Assembly: GCA_965113315.1 (NCBI GenBank)
Contig: OZ220375.1
Source of the DNA: Podarcis vaucheri
Lineage: Eukaryota
DNA: 64,000 bases
Reading direction: 5' to 3' (one strand)
The position numbers and the translations under genes are program-made. Shown in pieces: positions 63,181-64,000 of this stretch (position 1 is the first letter of the stretch; every line of letters begins with the position of its first letter). Under the pieces are notes generated by a model, which ran no database searches, was not told the origin of the DNA, and was given only the letters and a program-made list of their open reading frames with translations.

Positions 63181-64000
63181 CTGTGGGAGAGAATAGGTGG
63201 TGGATCAGGCACTTGTATGCAACTGTGAAAATGGCACAAACTATTTAAAGAGAAAGTGAAGGGCAATGGTTAGCTCCAGAAGATGTGGATTAAAACCACA
63301 GCACAGTCATGGACTTGAAATGTATTGGCCTTTAGAAAGTCACTTGTGAGGACAATATGGTACAAGACATTAAGTGTTCAACCAGTTGGGAACATTGACT
63401 GCAGCACTATCAAATTCAACATGTATGCAAAAAGAAAATTGTCAGAAATGTCCAGCAAAAGTAATATTTGACTTCAAAGAAGAAATGTCTTTAAAAGGAG
63501 GGTAAAAAGGAAGTTGAAGCAAAAGTCAGTCAAGAAAGTTTGACCTCTCCAAAGCACTTGGGAGTTTATACAAATCTTCAACAATAAAAGCTTAGCTCAA
63601 ATGCATATACTACAAAAATACCAATAACTTCAAGAAGATGGTAGTGTGGTTAACAAACATAATCATGAAAGCCATTAGCCACAGGAAAGCTTCCTTCTGA
63701 AAATGAAAGTGTTGCCAAATTGTGGAGAACGAAAAGAAAGACAAACTGACAAAAGACATGCAAGTAGACAATAAGGGTTGGGGTGGGGAAAATAATTTGA
63801 CGAACATGACTGAATATTGATCCCAACAATAGCAAATGCTTTAAATACATCATAAGCAGGAAACCAAATACAGAGGCAGCTGAACCTCAGGATGGTGGGA
63901 GTTGGAGGTATGCTTCAGGAGGATAAGCAGCCGATGAATGAATTTTTTGTATCTGGCTTGTCAGAGGAAATTCTATCCATCTAAAATATCTTTAAAAATC

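Noticed and set aside
63610-63853. Upstream SYNGR4 exon
   Set aside because: Translations lack synaptogyrin MARVEL-domain motifs; the next exon is probably beyond 64000.

Overview
This is vertebrate genomic DNA. The repeat content (Squam-type SINEs, CAGTGGTACCTC MITEs, L2/CR1/RTE/Penelope fragments) points to a squamate, probably a lacertid lizard. The window holds the conserved GRIN2D-KDELR1-SYNGR4 block. (1) GRIN2D (NMDA receptor GluN2D), minus strand: nine coding exons from the ATG at 13782 down to 545, all GT-AG and phase-consistent, with the rest of the gene left of the window. Its probable promoter is the CpG island at about 39.8-43.1 kb. (2) KDELR1, plus strand, complete: 5 coding exons, 639 nt, 212 aa, 53883-60101. 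(3) The last coding exon of SYNGR4, minus strand, 62962-63180. Nearly all other ORFs in the track are spurious. I found no prokaryote-type system or CRISPR array. The most unusual signals are in GluN2D itself: an in-frame 5-residue loss of the K-Y-P-x-W motif at the ATD/LBD junction, TINEERS>TINAERA beside the glutamate-binding Arg, and a shortened S1 loop. There is also an in-frame read-through from the M3 exon into an L2 ORF2 tail, a pre-miRNA-like intronic hairpin, nested transposons, and a consensus CTCF site between the two promoters. Comparisons with mammalian proteins are from memory and need alignment.
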